From contig CM052817.1 in assembly GCA_028534125.1 (NCBI GenBank), forward strand, positions 97,528,001 through 97,592,000: DNA of 64,000 bases, read 5' to 3'. This document shows positions 35,326 through 47,748 of the stretch, piece after piece. The position numbers were made by a program, and so were the translations under genes. The DNA comes from Lama glama (lineage: Eukaryota). Numbering within the stretch: the stretch's first letter is position 1; each line of letters begins with the position of its first letter. The notes beneath the pieces were generated by a model, which worked only from the letters and a program-made list of their open reading frames with translations, was not told where the DNA came from and ran no database searches.

Positions 35326-36344
35326 AGTACCTCTTGACTTGTATCTGTAAAGAATGAGAGAAGGCTCTGGTCTGGAGTTGTAGCTTTGTTAGGGATCAGT
35401 TAGGTGCAGGTGAAGTATATGCATTTGGCCAGCAGGGTTTGTATACTGAGCGAAGAGAAGAATCCCATCTTTAAGAGAGGGGCAGAGGAAGAAGAGCCTG
35501 CAAAGGGTCTGGGAAGACTCAGGAGAGGGAGCTGATTTGGCAGTCAAAGAAACTGAGAGTGTCAAGAAGGGAAAGATGAATAGTAGTCAAAGGCCTTCTG
35601 CTGTTGGACTTTCAAGTGAAATGGAGACATCTGGGAAGGATTGAAGTTAGGAGATTACAGAGGGAGGGAGACCTTTGGAGGTCAGTTGAAGGGTCAAGGA
35701 CTCAAAGAGTTGATTAGCATCTGAATTAGGATAACGCTATTGAAACTGCACCAGTTCAGAAATACAAGCAGTGGGACTTGATACCCCATTCGGTGTGCTG
35801 GGAGCCCAGGGGGTGGGATTCAGAACTAAGAGGAGATGTTGTTAGTAAAAAGGCAAAGTTACCCTCTTTCACCCAGAAAGAAGTTCTAGGCTCTACAATG
35901 TCTGAAATATGAAAACTGAATCCCATTCCACCCCCTACCACTGTGCCCAAGTCCTAAGGAAGAGCACAGCAGGTTTCTCGATGCAGCTACTTTCATAAGA
36001 ATTGATGGCTTGTGCCAGCCAGGAAGGAAACCTGTTTCATAAGTGCAAGGAACTACCTTTACTTTTTTTTCCCCCTTCTTTGATGATATCAGACAAGAAA
36101 CTGGAGATTTGTTTACCATTTCAGTAGGGCAACTGCAGCAAAGTTCCACAGATGAAAGAAAGGTGGGACTCAAGAAAGGAAGACAGAATCAAAACATCCT
36201 CTCCCCATCCCATCCCCAAATAAAAAAGAGTAAATACTGAAGAAAAGCTCACAGATAAAAGTGTATTTTAAGGACATTAGGACTGGAAAGATGCAAATAG
36301 TTCTGTGTTCATCTGTAAACTGCTTTTGGGGGGGGGCAACAGGA

Positions 36345-36490
36345 TGTGATGGAGTAAACAGCTGAAGTGGTAGTCCATCCAGTGGACTTGGGTTCTAATC
36401 CTGTTCCATGGTTAATTAACTATATGACCTTGGCATGGACGCTGTTGAACTCTTCTGGGTAACAGTTACTCTTAAATTAGATTAGTGTTC
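36345..36490 (+). mobile_element. MIR fragment
   Basis: GACTTGGGTTCTAATCCTG...AACTATATGACCTTGG. Confidence 0.55.
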
Positions 36491-36934
36491 AAGTTTATGT
36501 TTTTCAACTTTAAAATTCTATTGGTGTACAGGCCAAGTTAAAATTATATCTAATGTGCTATAATAAATCTGGATGCATGAAACTGTGCTAAATTTTGTTG
36601 ACCTGGGTCACCAAATTTCACTCTGCTTCAGTGGCTACAATTTAAATGACTTTAATGGCTGTGCTGGCCCTCTGTATAGGAAATCAATGCTAAAAGAGAT
36701 AGGACAGATATGAATCAAGTTTTGCAAAGTTAAACAAATATAAAATAAATAAGGAGTTATTTTCAAATTAAAAAAAAAACAACCAAATAATGAGGCTGCA
36801 TCCAGGCTGAGAACCTGTATGACAAGTTTCAGTTCAAAGAAACTCTTGAAGGCTTCTTAACGGTGCCTCGAGGAAAGACAGTGTGGCAGGTTAAAGAATC
36901 CAGAGCTTTTAATCTTTGGCTTCAATTCTTAATC

Positions 36935-37098
36935 AGAAGAAAGAGAGAAAGAGAGAAAGAACGAAAGAAAAAAAGAAAGAAAGAAAGAAGAGAAAAAACG
37001 AAACAAGGGAAGGAAGGAAAAGAAAGAAGAAAAAGAAAGAAAGAGGGAGGGAGGGATGAAGAAAAACGGAAGAAAGAAAGAAGAAATGAGAAAATAAA
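36935..37098 (+). repeat. Purine-rich low-complexity (GAAA/GGAA)n tract
   Basis: About 160 bp of almost only A and G; accounts for the K/R/E-rich ORF 36863..37138. Confidence 0.9.
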
Positions 37099-37127
37099 AT
37101 TGATTGTTTATTGTTGCAAGAAAAGTT

Positions 37128-37255
37128 TGGTATGGTAGAACACAGCCAGAGTTTCAGTCCTTAATCTTCCAGTAACTGTATGGCCTTGGGCAATAATTAA
37201 ACATCTCTGGGCCCCCGTTTCCTCATCAGTAAAATGAGGGGTCGGGCCAGAACCT
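37128..37255 (+). mobile_element. MIR fragment
   Basis: CTGTATGGCCTTGGGCAATAATTAAACATCTCTGGGCCCCGTTTCCTCATCAGTAAAATGAGG. Confidence 0.7.
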
Positions 37256-38693
37256 TTGAAAAGTCTACAGTGTTATAATAGTGACATTGTAACCCACATG
37301 GCCAGGACTGTTGATTTGTGTTGTTCAGAATAGAGCAAAATATATAGTATTAGGAAAAAGTCATCTACTCGTTATTTCATTTTAATGCACATATTCAGTT
37401 GCAGGAAACTGTTTTTAGCTGACTGAGGTGAGGGGGAAAAACAAAAAGCAGTCTTACTAGTTAATAATCACCATAATCCCAGCTAAGATGGAGGGGAGAG
37501 TCATCACATCTGCCCAGGGGAGGAATCCGGAGGATTCACCTTCTCTATGCTCTCTGCCACCCCAGTCCCAACGTCAGTCCTTTTTCATCTCCACTGAAAA
37601 AGACACGGGAAGGCCTCCAAAGACTCCAAGTCCTCCATTCTAGAGAAGGGATGTGGGGGAGGGCTAAAAAGGCCTGGCAACCCCGGCCCTGTTGACATTC
37701 ATGTATCTTCTGCAATTAATATGCGTTTAACAACGATTTACTGTAAATAATTAGCCTTTTTTCACTCATGGAGTTAAAGGACTCCTTTAAAGCACTGAAA
37801 TTACTATGCAATAAATAACACTGAGAAATAGCCTAAGAATCTTTCTTTTCGGAGCAGGGCTGGTCAATACCTTCACTGTTAGAACCTTTAGGCTTATCAA
37901 AGTGCTGAGATTCTGGAACTGGGACTGCCGACACATTGGAGATTTCCAGAAATCACTGAAGTCTGAACCGTCCTGCAAGCCAGAGTGAGAGTAACAGGAG
38001 TTCACTGTACTTGGTTTCCCAGGGCACACTTAGCTTCTTCGTCTCATGTAAACACAGCGAAAATGATAGAGTGTGATAACTTCTCTCAGAACTGTTGTAT
38101 CCTTTCCTTTTATTACAGACAGTGGTAAAACACTTTGAGTGATACAAGGGCCCAGAGGAAAAAGCAGTGCTTTCTTTTAACATTAAACCTCGTGGGACCT
38201 TAAATATCAGGTTTAAGGAAAAAGGGGTTGTCGTTTGCATTGTAATGTTCTTGACCTTTGGGTGTTAGATCTGGTTCACTCGTAACTGCTTTTTATCCTT
38301 CTTGCATCTCGATGGGTGAGGACACAGTAAAAGCAAAGTAAAAAGGCTACTTTTCTTTTTTTTCTTTTTTCACAGAAACGTTTCAAAATCTCTTGATGAT
38401 CTGGCGCCATGGTTATTCAGTATGAACGTTTCTTCGAAATGGGTGAAACAATCCTTTATTCACATTTTCTGACTACTTATTTCCTTACTGACATTTATTC
38501 CTTTACTAAAACTACTTCTTAACTGTCACTTAAAAGCAAGTGGACTTCATCATTCTCCAGGACCACTCTTCCAGTTGTGCTTGGCTGGCCAACTCTTCCC
38601 TCCTGACAATGTTCCTTCTTTCATGTCCAACATCATCACTTTGGTTCTTTCTAATTCATTTTTGTTGTTAGTTTCTTTCCATTTTCCTTCCTC

Positions 38694-38859
38694 TTTATTT
38701 TTATTTATTTATTTATTTTTATTGAGGTAGAGTCAGTTTACAATGTTGTGTCAATGTCTGATGTACAGCACAGTGCTTCAGTCATACATGAATATACATA
38801 TATTCATTTTCATATTCTTTTTCACTGTAAGCTACTACAAGATATTGAATATAGTTCCC
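38694..38859 (-). mobile_element. Short young L1 3' tail with TSD
   Basis: (TTTA)n tail, TATTGAGGTAGAGTCAGTTTACAATGTTGTG...GAATATAGTTCCC; flanks TTTCCTTCCTCTTTA / TTCCCTTCCTCTTTA. Confidence 0.9.
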
Positions 38860-39620
38860 TTCCTCTTTAAACTTGGCACTTTTCTCTCTCCCCATTTTTC
38901 TGGCATGTGAGCACTTTCGTATGGCTTCATCTACCATTTCTAGTCTGATAATTCAAAATCTAAATCTCTTGCTCTGATTTGATATCAAGGTTCTCTTGAG
39001 TCTCCGGATGCTTCTTATATGTTTATAACTTGTGTGATTTGTGATAGGTGAGGTGGAGGTCAACTGTGTTTCCAAGGAGTGAATTACATTGAAAAGTTAC
39101 TAGTAGATTTTAGCTGTGGTGGCAGAAATTCACTCTGGAGCAGCTTTTTGCTTTCCTAAGTTATACAAATAGAAGTAATATTTGATCTTATGTGGCTATG
39201 AATGGTAGTAAAGTTATCTACGTCAGAGACATCAAGTGTTCTGTTCAAAAAGATAAAAAATATTCTCTTGCAACAGTATGGATATAACAGATAAAATTTC
39301 ATGACAATAAATTTGCAAATTCAAAATAAATAAGTACCTTTCAAATCACAACTTACTACAACTGATGTAAGAAAACAAATTCTGAATAGTTCTAGTTGAA
39401 AAAATGGAACCCCTCTCTTAAAATCTTCTCAGAAAAAAAATCCAGGCTCAGCAAATGCTCCAGATATTTAAGAAAGAAATATCACCAATAGCTAATTAGT
39501 CGGCCATTACCAAAAAAAAGGATCAAGAGTTCAACGTCACTCACGACCATAAAAGCAAACATCCCAAACATAATATCAGCAGAGAGAATCCCACACTATG
39601 TTAAAAGCATGTTTCACCAG

Positions 39621-40063
39621 TGTCGTAGATGTGGCCCATGAGATGGTCAAGTGCTACCTTTTAGTAGACTCATTTCTTTCCTGAGAGCTTTTCTGGAGCT
39701 GCACTTCCTCTGCCTCCAAACACAGAGGCCACAGATATCAGAGAATCAAAACCTTCCAGAAACAGTCTTCCACAAATGACTGGTGGGTAGGGGTTGGTTT
39801 ATAAACATTCCAGTTCCCTCATCTCTCAGGTGGAATAACTCTAAGCTTTGTGCCAATACCATTTCCCAAAGTTTCTTTGTTGGTGTAAGCTCCGGTCACC
39901 CACCATGGCCACAGGCTTGATAATCCACTCTCTGTTGGCGTCCTTCCCTTCCCTTTTCTTGTTTCTCCACTCCCCAGGGAAAGTTTTCTTCAACTCCCTA
40001 ATTAACTACTTGCAACCAAATCGTTGTCTCAGGGACTGCTTTAGGGAGAACCCGTGCTAAGAT
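39621..40063 (+). mobile_element. ERVL LTR (LTR16-like) inserted in the old L1
   Basis: Ends AACTACTTGCAACCAAATCGTTGTCTCAGGGACTGCTTTAGGGAGAACCCGTGCTAAGA, typical of the LTR16 3' end; L1 resumes at ACCCAGTTAGATTATTCCAAGAATG. Confidence 0.7.
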
Positions 40064-41662
40064 GATAACCCAGTTAGATTATTCCAAGAATGAAAAATGG
40101 TTTTAACATTCAAACATCAGTCCATTTAATCCATTACAAGTTCTACAAATCCACTTGTAGGATGAAGGAGAAAAATTATTAAAGCATTATCTCAATATCT
40201 GCAGTAAAAGTATTTTCTTAAAAACAGTACTTGTTTATGTTAAAATTTCTTTGTAACAAACTAGGAGTAGAAAGGAACTCCTCAATCTGACATAGAGTAT
40301 GTACAGAATCTTACAGGAAACATAATGTTTAGGCATGAAATACTGAAATTTAATCCTTAAGGGAGGACACAAAGGTATTTGCTATCTCCACCACTTTTAT
40401 TCAACATTGCACTAGAAGTTCTAGACAGTGAAATAAGGCCCAAAAAAAAAACAAAGACTTAAAAAGAAAGAGACACTCACAGGCAAAATAATTATTGATA
40501 CAGAAAATCCAGGAGAATGTGCACATAAATCACTGGAATTAAAGAGTGAATTTTGTGAAATCACTATAAAAAATTGCATTTCTATATACTAGCAACAAAT
40601 AATTTAGAAATACAATTAAAAAACACAATACCATGGACAATAGTGTCGAAAGTAAATAACACGCAGAAATAAATCTAACAAAGATGAGGAAAATCTCCAC
40701 ACAAAACTATAAAACATTACTGAGATAAGTTAAAGAACCAACTAAATGAAGAGATTTTTTTCCAGGTACATTAATTAGAAGATTCAATATTGTAAAGATG
40801 TCAATCCTTCCCAAATTTCTCTGCAGATAAAATGGAAGTACAATGCAATTCCAATCGAAAAGTTAAAAATAAAAAGGTTTTTTTTGTTTGTTTGTTTGTC
40901 TTGAAAAATGTGACAAGTTGATTTTCTATTTATGTAGCAACGTAAAGGGTCAAGAATAACCAGAATAATCTGAATAAAAGAAGTATATAGGGCGTATATG
41001 ATCAGGTATGAAGACTCACTGTAGAGCCACCATAATTAAAATAGCGAGGTATTGATGCAAGGATAGATAAAAAGGTAAAGGATAGAACAGAGTCCAAAAC
41101 TCACCACAAATATATGGTAATCTGATTTGTAGTTATACCATACTATGGGGGCTGGGGAGGGCAGGGCCTTTTAAACAAATGGTATAAGATTGATTGGATA
41201 TCCAAGTGGAAAAAAGTAAATATTTACCCCTACATACTTACTATTGATGCAAGAGAAGAAAGTATGAATAGTTCTATTCAAGGAATGGAATCTCTAACTT
41301 AAGACCTTCCCAGAAAGAAATATTCAGGCTCAGTGAATGCCCCAGATATTTAAGGAAGAAATATTACCCGTAGCCAATTCCTAGGCCATTACAAAAAAAT
41401 AAAAAAATAAAAAAGAAGAAATACCAGGCTAATCTCACTTAGGAACAAAAAGTAGAAATCCTAAACACCATGTTAGCCATGAGAATGCCACAGTACATTG
41501 ACCATAGAAAACATAACACCACCCCAAAAAGTAAATTCCAAATAGTTTGTAGTCCTAAGTGAGAAGGGTAACTTGATAAAGTTTCTCGAAAATAACAGAG
41601 AGAGTGTTTTAATGGCTAAGATATTCTTAAGTAGGCAAAGATCCTCACATGTCCCTCCCCCG

Positions 41663-42010
41663 GCTTTACTGAGACATAATTGGCATATAACGTCGTGCTA
41701 GTGTGAGGTGCTGAGCTGACACCGTCATATACTGCAATGTGAATGCCACTCTAGCATTAGCGAACACCTCCATCACTTCACATAATTACCATTTCTTTTT
41801 TGTGGTTAACAATATTTAACATTCACTCTCTTAGCAACTTTCAAGTGTATAATACAGTATTATTAACTGTAATCACCATGCTGCTCATTATACCCCCCTG
41901 AACTTACTCATCTTATACCTGGCGATTTGTACCCTTTGACCAGCTTTCCATCCCCCCCGCCCCCGCCAAGTCCCTGGTAACCACCACTCTACTCTCTGTG
42001 TGAGTTTCTG
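41663..42010 (-). mobile_element. L1MA/MB-type 3' end
   Basis: GCTTTACTGAGACATAATTGGC...CTCTCTTAGCAACTTTCAAGTGTATAATACAGTATTATTAACTGTAATCACCATGCTG...CCCTGGTAACCACCACTCTACTCTCTG. Confidence 0.8.
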
Positions 42011-42403
42011 TTTGCGGACAGCTGTCTAATTGCTTTTCTTTGTTGAGGGCACAGAGATTGGTGTCTCCTGTGTCATGATTTTGGTTGGCAAAGCTTTTTA
42101 AAATAGGACGTAAAAAGCTCTAACCATAAAAGAATAGCTTGGTAAAATAAACCGTGTTAAAATGAATACTTTTATTTGCTAAAAGATATCCTGGAGAAAG
42201 TGAAAACTTGTTATTAAATTATGGACTTTAATATAAAAATCATAAAGCATGCGCTAGAAAACATTCATGTTCCCATGACCCAGCTTAAGAATAAACCTTT
42301 ATATGATATATGTTACATATATACTTGTTGTGTCTTCTGTTTACTCTTCTCCAATCTAATCATTCTCTCTCCCTTCCTATCCCTTGGGGTCAACCACTCT
42401 TCT

Positions 42404-42539
42404 TTTTTTTTGGGGGGGGGGCAAAGTAATTAGGTTTACTTATTCATTTTTATTTAATGGAGGTACTGGGGATCGAACCCATAACCTCATGCATGCTAAG
42501 CATGCACTCTACCACTGAGCTATACCTCCCCAGTCCCCA
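42404..42539 (-). mobile_element. tRNA-derived SINE (vic-1-like) with 14-bp TSD
   Basis: Minus strand GAGGTATAGCTCAGTGGTAGAGTGCATGCTTAGCATGCATGAGGTTATGGGTTCGATCCCCAGTACCTCC...AAACCTAATTAC; TSD TCAACCACTCTTCT / TCAACTACTCTTCT. Confidence 0.92.
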
Positions 42540-42619
42540 TCAACTACTCTTCTGAATGAACCCTGCAGGTCTGTATAGTTTTATAAGACATGTATGTCCA
42601 AATAACACCTACTGCTTTA

Positions 42620-43090
42620 TGAATCCGGGTCCCAGCAGGAGAGTGATGGCACACTCCGCTGGGTAAATGAAGGAGAGTTTATAAACAGACCATTTGCAGA
42701 GGTGGGAATGAGTGTGGGAAACCTGAAAGAATAAGTAGTACTCTGGGACTAGCAGCTTTGGCGTTCCATCACCATCCCTACATTCCAAGAGCTAAGAAAA
42801 GATACTCAGAGCAAGAATGTGTTGCGAATAAGGCTGCCCGACAGGCGCCGAGCCCTTTGGCAAGACAGGCTTCCGACCAGTAGGCCGTGCGTGGAGGGAG
42901 CCAAGGGAATGGACTCCTCTGATTCCCTTTTCTGCCTCGTGATGCTCCCCGCTGGCAGAACCCAGTGGGAATCCAGAACACAGGGGGCCCAAGGGTGCAG
43001 AGGATGGAAGGCAGCCTCCCAGGACCCAAAGACGTGTGCAGGAAGGAGAGAGCAGCTGGGTGTGGGGGAGCCACACTCTCCCACCAAATA
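42620..43090 (-). mobile_element. Old ERVL-class LTR (LTR33/LTR40-like; family uncertain)
   Basis: GGGTCCCAGCAGGAGAGTGATGGCACACTC...GGAGAGTTTATAAACAGACCATTTGCAGAGGTG...GGCAGAACCCAGTGGGAATCCAG...GCAGCCTCCCAGG. Confidence 0.55.
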
Positions 43091-43289
43091 TCCAGCATCC
43101 ATGCCATTTTGCATATTATACCCTTATATTCAATCTGCCATGCTCTCTCTTTATCTTTTTGCCACTTGCTTTTCTTCCTAGCTTTCTAGAACTTGTTCTG
43201 AACTTAGTATTTTTACTAGTATACATTTTATTTCATTCTTTTAAACAAATATTGATTTGAGAGGAATCTGGGGCTTTCCTTAGTCGCTG

Positions 43290-43770
43290 TTAAAGTTCGT
43301 AGTTGCCAACAACAGAGCCCACCTGTGCTATTTTAAGCAGAATAAGAAATTTATAAAGGAATGCATTTTATGTCATAGAGTCTCTGTGACGGCCAGAGAA
43401 TCAAGCTTGTTTGCCTGGCACTCAGGGACAATCTCCAGATGGCACTGTTGATGCCACTGGACACAGGCTCTGAAGTTTGCAGGGGACGCTAGAGCTAGGA
43501 CCATTGTCACGGTGGCCCCTGAAGGCTGTCTGTCCCTGACCCCTGCCAGCATCAACTTAAGACCACATTCCTTCACCCACTCCACCCTCTTCCACACTCA
43601 TGCCTTGTGTGAGGTGTGTTGGAGAGGCTCAGGGCATGAGCCCATACCCTAGCTTTGAGGGAATTTGGGAAAGCAGTTTCCTACCTTCTGCTTTGGGCAG
43701 GAGGAAACTCTCCAACATAGGAAGGATGCTCAAAAGTTCTTGGAAACAGCTCTAGAAACGTGACACACGT
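43290..43770 (-). mobile_element. Old MaLR LTR (MLT1L/M/N-like)
   Basis: AGTTGCCAACAACAGAGCCCACC...TTTAAGCAGAATAAGAAATTTATAAAGG...CATACCCTAGCTTTGAGGGAATTTGGGAAAGC. Confidence 0.55.
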
Positions 43771-45167
43771 CCACCCATCCCCTACCAGCCATCACGTTCA
43801 TGCTAATTCCTACCCCAGGGCCTGATATTCTATGCAACCAAAGGGCTCCATGTCCTGGGTGCAACTGTATACATATGGTCCCCCTTCTGACAGTACTTGC
43901 TCTGTGGACTGCTCACCTGGACTACTCAGCACCTTTTTGTCTCTAAATTCCTTTAGTGCTAATTAGTGGTACCATTCAATGAGCCATTGATTGCCTTTTT
44001 AATTGTACTTGTGATTTTGCCAAAATACCATGAAATGCCCTTTTGTTGTTGACCATGTATTTCGTTATTTGGTCTTCTCTCTTCATTAAAATGTTAGCGA
44101 TCCTTGGGGGAGGATGTTAGTCTTTTCCTTTCCATAGAAACTAGCATATTGCTATGAACATAGCAAGGGCAGAATATATACTTGCTTTTTGATGGTTCTA
44201 TGGTTTAAGCTTTGAGGGATGAAGATCATAGTCCAGTGATTTTTCACAATATATTCATGTGCATTCTGCAGTCCAGATCAGGATGCAAAGCAATTTACAC
44301 AATCCCAATTCCTAGTTGCCCAGTAGTATATGTATATTTATTAATACGTTTCCGAGTTTTCTCCCTCTCCCACTGCAACTTTGTCATAGATAGTATAGAG
44401 GGTAAAAGTTGGGAAATAACATGCTATATGTAAAAGTCCAAAGGGAAATAAAACTTGGATGATACAATGTTTAACCTTTTTGAATACAAATTTAGGAATA
44501 TAACCAACAAGACCTTTTTGTGGGGAAAGAATTGACATTGGGTAAGAAATACGAAGTTGGGTAAGGAGGATTATCAAGAACTTTTATAGTAAGAATATAT
44601 CAATAGCTTTCTCTCTATGGAATTCCTAAAATATCGTCTTTGGAATAAATGACCAACTGACCAGCAAATCTTGGAGATGCTTGAGCCAGTAGGCACAGAA
44701 GGAAGGTCAAGGAATGACATGCTTGTGTTCACTATTCACCTGTTACGTGTCTTACCTCCAGCTGATGTGGGTGTGCTGGTGAATATCAACGTTTGAAAGA
44801 CATGGAGAGAAGATGAGGCTGCATGTCAAGCCCCAGCCTCCTGAAATCCATGACGTGAACCCGTATTTCCACACTTAGGATACAACTGAGCCCTCAGGAA
44901 AAATGCTAATGAAACATATGGAAATCTTGGCAGAGTAAATACAGAACAATAGGCATTATACAAGTCTGGGAAGAACAAAATCACATCCCAGCTTGCAGAG
45001 AAGCAGCATCATAGCCTGTGAATCATTTTGATTGGGAAAGGAGATGTAAAAGCCATCATGATCTTTGCTACCAAGGCAGTATGGAGACCCAGGAGATCCA
45101 GGGGGCAAGAGTGAAAAATGGAATCAGTCAGAAGTCCAGTGTTCTCCAAGGTTCACTGGCAGATAAG

Positions 45168-45231
45168 ATGTGTGTGTGTGTGTGTGTGTGTGCGCGGTGT
45201 GTGTGTGTATACATATATGTATATACACATA
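45168..45231. repeat. (TG)n/(TA)n microsatellite
   Basis: TG run of about 24 bp, GCGCG interruption, further TG, then TA/CA units. Confidence 0.9.
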
Positions 45232-45390
45232 CAGTCGCTCTCTGTATCCACAGCTGCCAAACCCATGGATATGGAGGGCCAACTGTACTACACTATTTTA
45301 TTTGAGGGACTTGAGCATCCATCCATGGATTTTGGTGTTTGCAGAGGTCCTGGAACCCATCCCCAGCCAATACTAAGGGACGACAGTGTG
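45232..45390. mobile_element. TcMar-Tigger MITE (MER2-like, internally deleted)
   Basis: TA-CAGTCGCTCTCTGTATCC...GGATATGGAGGGCCAACTGTA...GGGACTTGAGCATCC...GTCCTGGAACC...ATACTAAGGGACGAC. Confidence 0.75.
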
Positions 45391-47214
45391 TATTAAGACT
45401 CCAGAATAAGATGAGGTTTTCAAGAGTTCTGGCCTGTCTGATCGACATGTATTAGCCACTTACTAGGTGTAAAAGAGAGGCCTAAGTTGTACTGAAGAAG
45501 AGGTGCTATCTCTGCTCTGTGGATGGAAGAGAAACGTGCATCACTGTGATAAAAGCTCCATGGTGGTCGTGACTGTTTATTGCTGTGTTTCTGGCACCTA
45601 GAACATTGCCTGATGCTTCAACAAATAAGCACTAAGTGAATGAATAAATTATTTCTTGAATAGGCTCATCAGTTCCTCTTGTGAGTGATATTTAACTTTA
45701 AATAGGCAAGTCAGACAGCAGACACCTAAACTTTGCTTGCGAGAACATATTCTTACAGAAGCATGAGGCTTTGAGACTAGGCAGGTAAGAATAATGTATG
45801 GCAATGGGAGACTCACATACATGCTTCAGATGTTAAACTGAAGGATGACAAGCCAAAAACATAGAAGAAAAACTATCGAGATCCCATGCAGGAAGTCTTC
45901 ATATGATTCACTGTAATTCTGGAATTCCATGTGTTAATAGGCAGAACACCTTTACTTGCATGAGTTAGAATTATGGCTACTTATGAGTAATGGTAATGGG
46001 CAGAGTGTACTTTTAAATGGTGGAGTTGCAAATAACTGTGGGCTTTGCAAATAGGTCTACAGCTGCCAACCACAGAATCGCTTTATGTGTGTACAGTGTA
46101 GAAAGAACAGTTGGTCAGGCAAAGGTTTTCTGCAACCACACCTGTTCACTCAGATAACAATCACCACCAGTAGTGTTATCTCTAAATCTAAAGATATATA
46201 CACACACACACATATATATATATATATTTTATATCTATAACTATCACACAACTTGTAAATTAGGTGGACGTTACACTGGCTGAGTTTGTTCTATTAAAAG
46301 AAGAATACAGTCTGTTATAGATATTGGGTAGAAACTGGCAAATCTACATACCTAGAAGAATCTCTAAGTTAAGATGATTCCTTCAGAGTCATTAACATGG
46401 TTTCATTTATGAGTCTGATACTGGTAGGACCCTCTTATGAAACGACTCATTAATTATATTGAGTCACTTATATCATGGGTCAAGTCACATCTTCTGAAGT
46501 ATAATGATCACATATAGTAAAGCCTGAAACGATGCGATTGGCCCATTAATCATTCCTTCACTCAATAATTCATTCAGTCGCTCATTCAACAAATGCATAG
46601 CAAGTGCTTCCTGAACTGGAGGGATACAAAAATGAATAATTCATAACTTTTGTCCATAATTATCCTAAGAACACTAGTTTTATCTTGCTACGTTGGAACT
46701 CTAAAGGAATTCTTCTGGGCTTTTTTGTGGCAATATTAATATCTACTATGAAATAATTTCATCCTAGACTTTTTGAGAAATGTCTATGGCATCCTTCTCA
46801 AAATAGTTTTTAGAACATCTATTGGATTTTTAACAAAAAGAAAATAAAATATCAGGAATAGGTATCAGTGTGCTAGTTGGATAAAAAAACCCCTGATTAT
46901 GTGTCTTCATTACAATTATAAAGTATAAAAATTTGTAGCTACAGGATGAAAACTTGTTAGAGCTGCCTGTCTCTCAACTCAGACTCAAGCCAGGCTATTA
47001 ACTATGATTAAAATTCAAGATACTTAACTGCCGTGATTGAGGCCATGTCTATTCCCTCTAAAACACATTGAAGTGGAGTATGTTATCCTGGTTCAAGTCA
47101 CAGAAGAGGTAAAGTTTGACTGCTGTTAGATTCTCTTCCTGTATCAGAGATTATAATTTAGAAATTATTGAAAACAAATTAAGTGATCTCTTTTCCAACT
47201 CTGGAAGGTGGTCA

Positions 47215-47748
47215 TGTCAGTTATCCATGGCTGTGTAACAAATCATCCCAGAACTTGGTGATTGAAAATAATAATCGTTTTATATTTGCTCACAGTTTTC
47301 TGGGCAGCTGGGTGGCTCTTCTGTTCTGAGCCAGCTGTGTTAACCTCTGCAGTCAAGTCGCAGCTCTACTGAGGCTGGATGCTCCAGGATGATTTCACTT
47401 GCTTGTCTGTCAGCTAGGAGTTTAGAAAATCTCGAGCCTTTCAGCTGGGCTGCCTCATTTTTGTCTCACATGGTCTCTCTAGTAGGCTAACTTGATCTTC
47501 TTCACATGGCGGTGACAAGTTTTGCAGAAGCAAGAGACGGCACATCATATTTGCTGATGGCCTTTTGACCAAACCAAGTAGAAACAAAAAAACAACAACA
47601 GAAAAACCACAAGCCCCCAAATAACCCAGGATTCAAGGACTGGAGTAAAGATTCTCCCTCTTGTTGGGAGGAACAGACAGTCACATTATATAGGTGTGTT
47701 CTCACAGAAATGGAAGGAAATCGTATCCATGTATTTGTGATCTAACAT
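47215..47748 (-). mobile_element. MaLR LTR (MLT1F/G/H-like)
   Basis: TGTCAGTTATCCATGGCTGTGTAACAAATCATCCCAGAACTTGGTG...CTTCTTCACATGGCGG...CCAGGATTCAAGG. Confidence 0.75.

Larger units (their letters stand above)
33800..35800 (-). mobile_element. Degraded L2, interrupted by a MER94-like MITE, an L1 and a MER3-like MITE
   Basis: AAGCTAAGAAATGTAGACT...AATCAGATTTATTTTTTGGAAAGACAGCCTTGGC...GGGCAGAGGAAGAAGAGCCTGCAAAGG...GAGAGTGTCAAGAAGG. Confidence 0.55.
39245..42215 (+). mobile_element. Ancient L1M ORF2 region, fragmented, with several nested insertions
   Basis: L1 ORF2 landmarks: TTATTCAACATTGCACTAGAAGTTCTAG, TTGCATTTCTATATACTAGCAA, GAAGATTCAATATTGTAAAGATGTCAAT, AACAAATGGTAT; no intact frame. 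Confidence 0.75.

Noticed and set aside
36093..36162. Possible plus-strand exon (QETGDLFTISVGQLQQSSTDERK)
   Set aside because: Mediocre acceptor and donor, no recognisable homology and no partner exons.
36863..37138. K/R/E-rich ORF resembling a nuclear or coiled-coil protein
   Set aside because: Translation of a (GAAA)n low-complexity tract.
37858..37984. Plus-strand frame VRTFRLIKVLRFW resembling a voltage-sensor S4 helix
   Set aside because: Weak splice sites, no hydrophobic flanking helices and no other channel-like exons in the window; likely chance. A BLASTp search would settle it.
42778..43260. Six overlapping ORFs on both strands
   Set aside because: They fall in a GC-rich old LTR, where stop codons are scarce.
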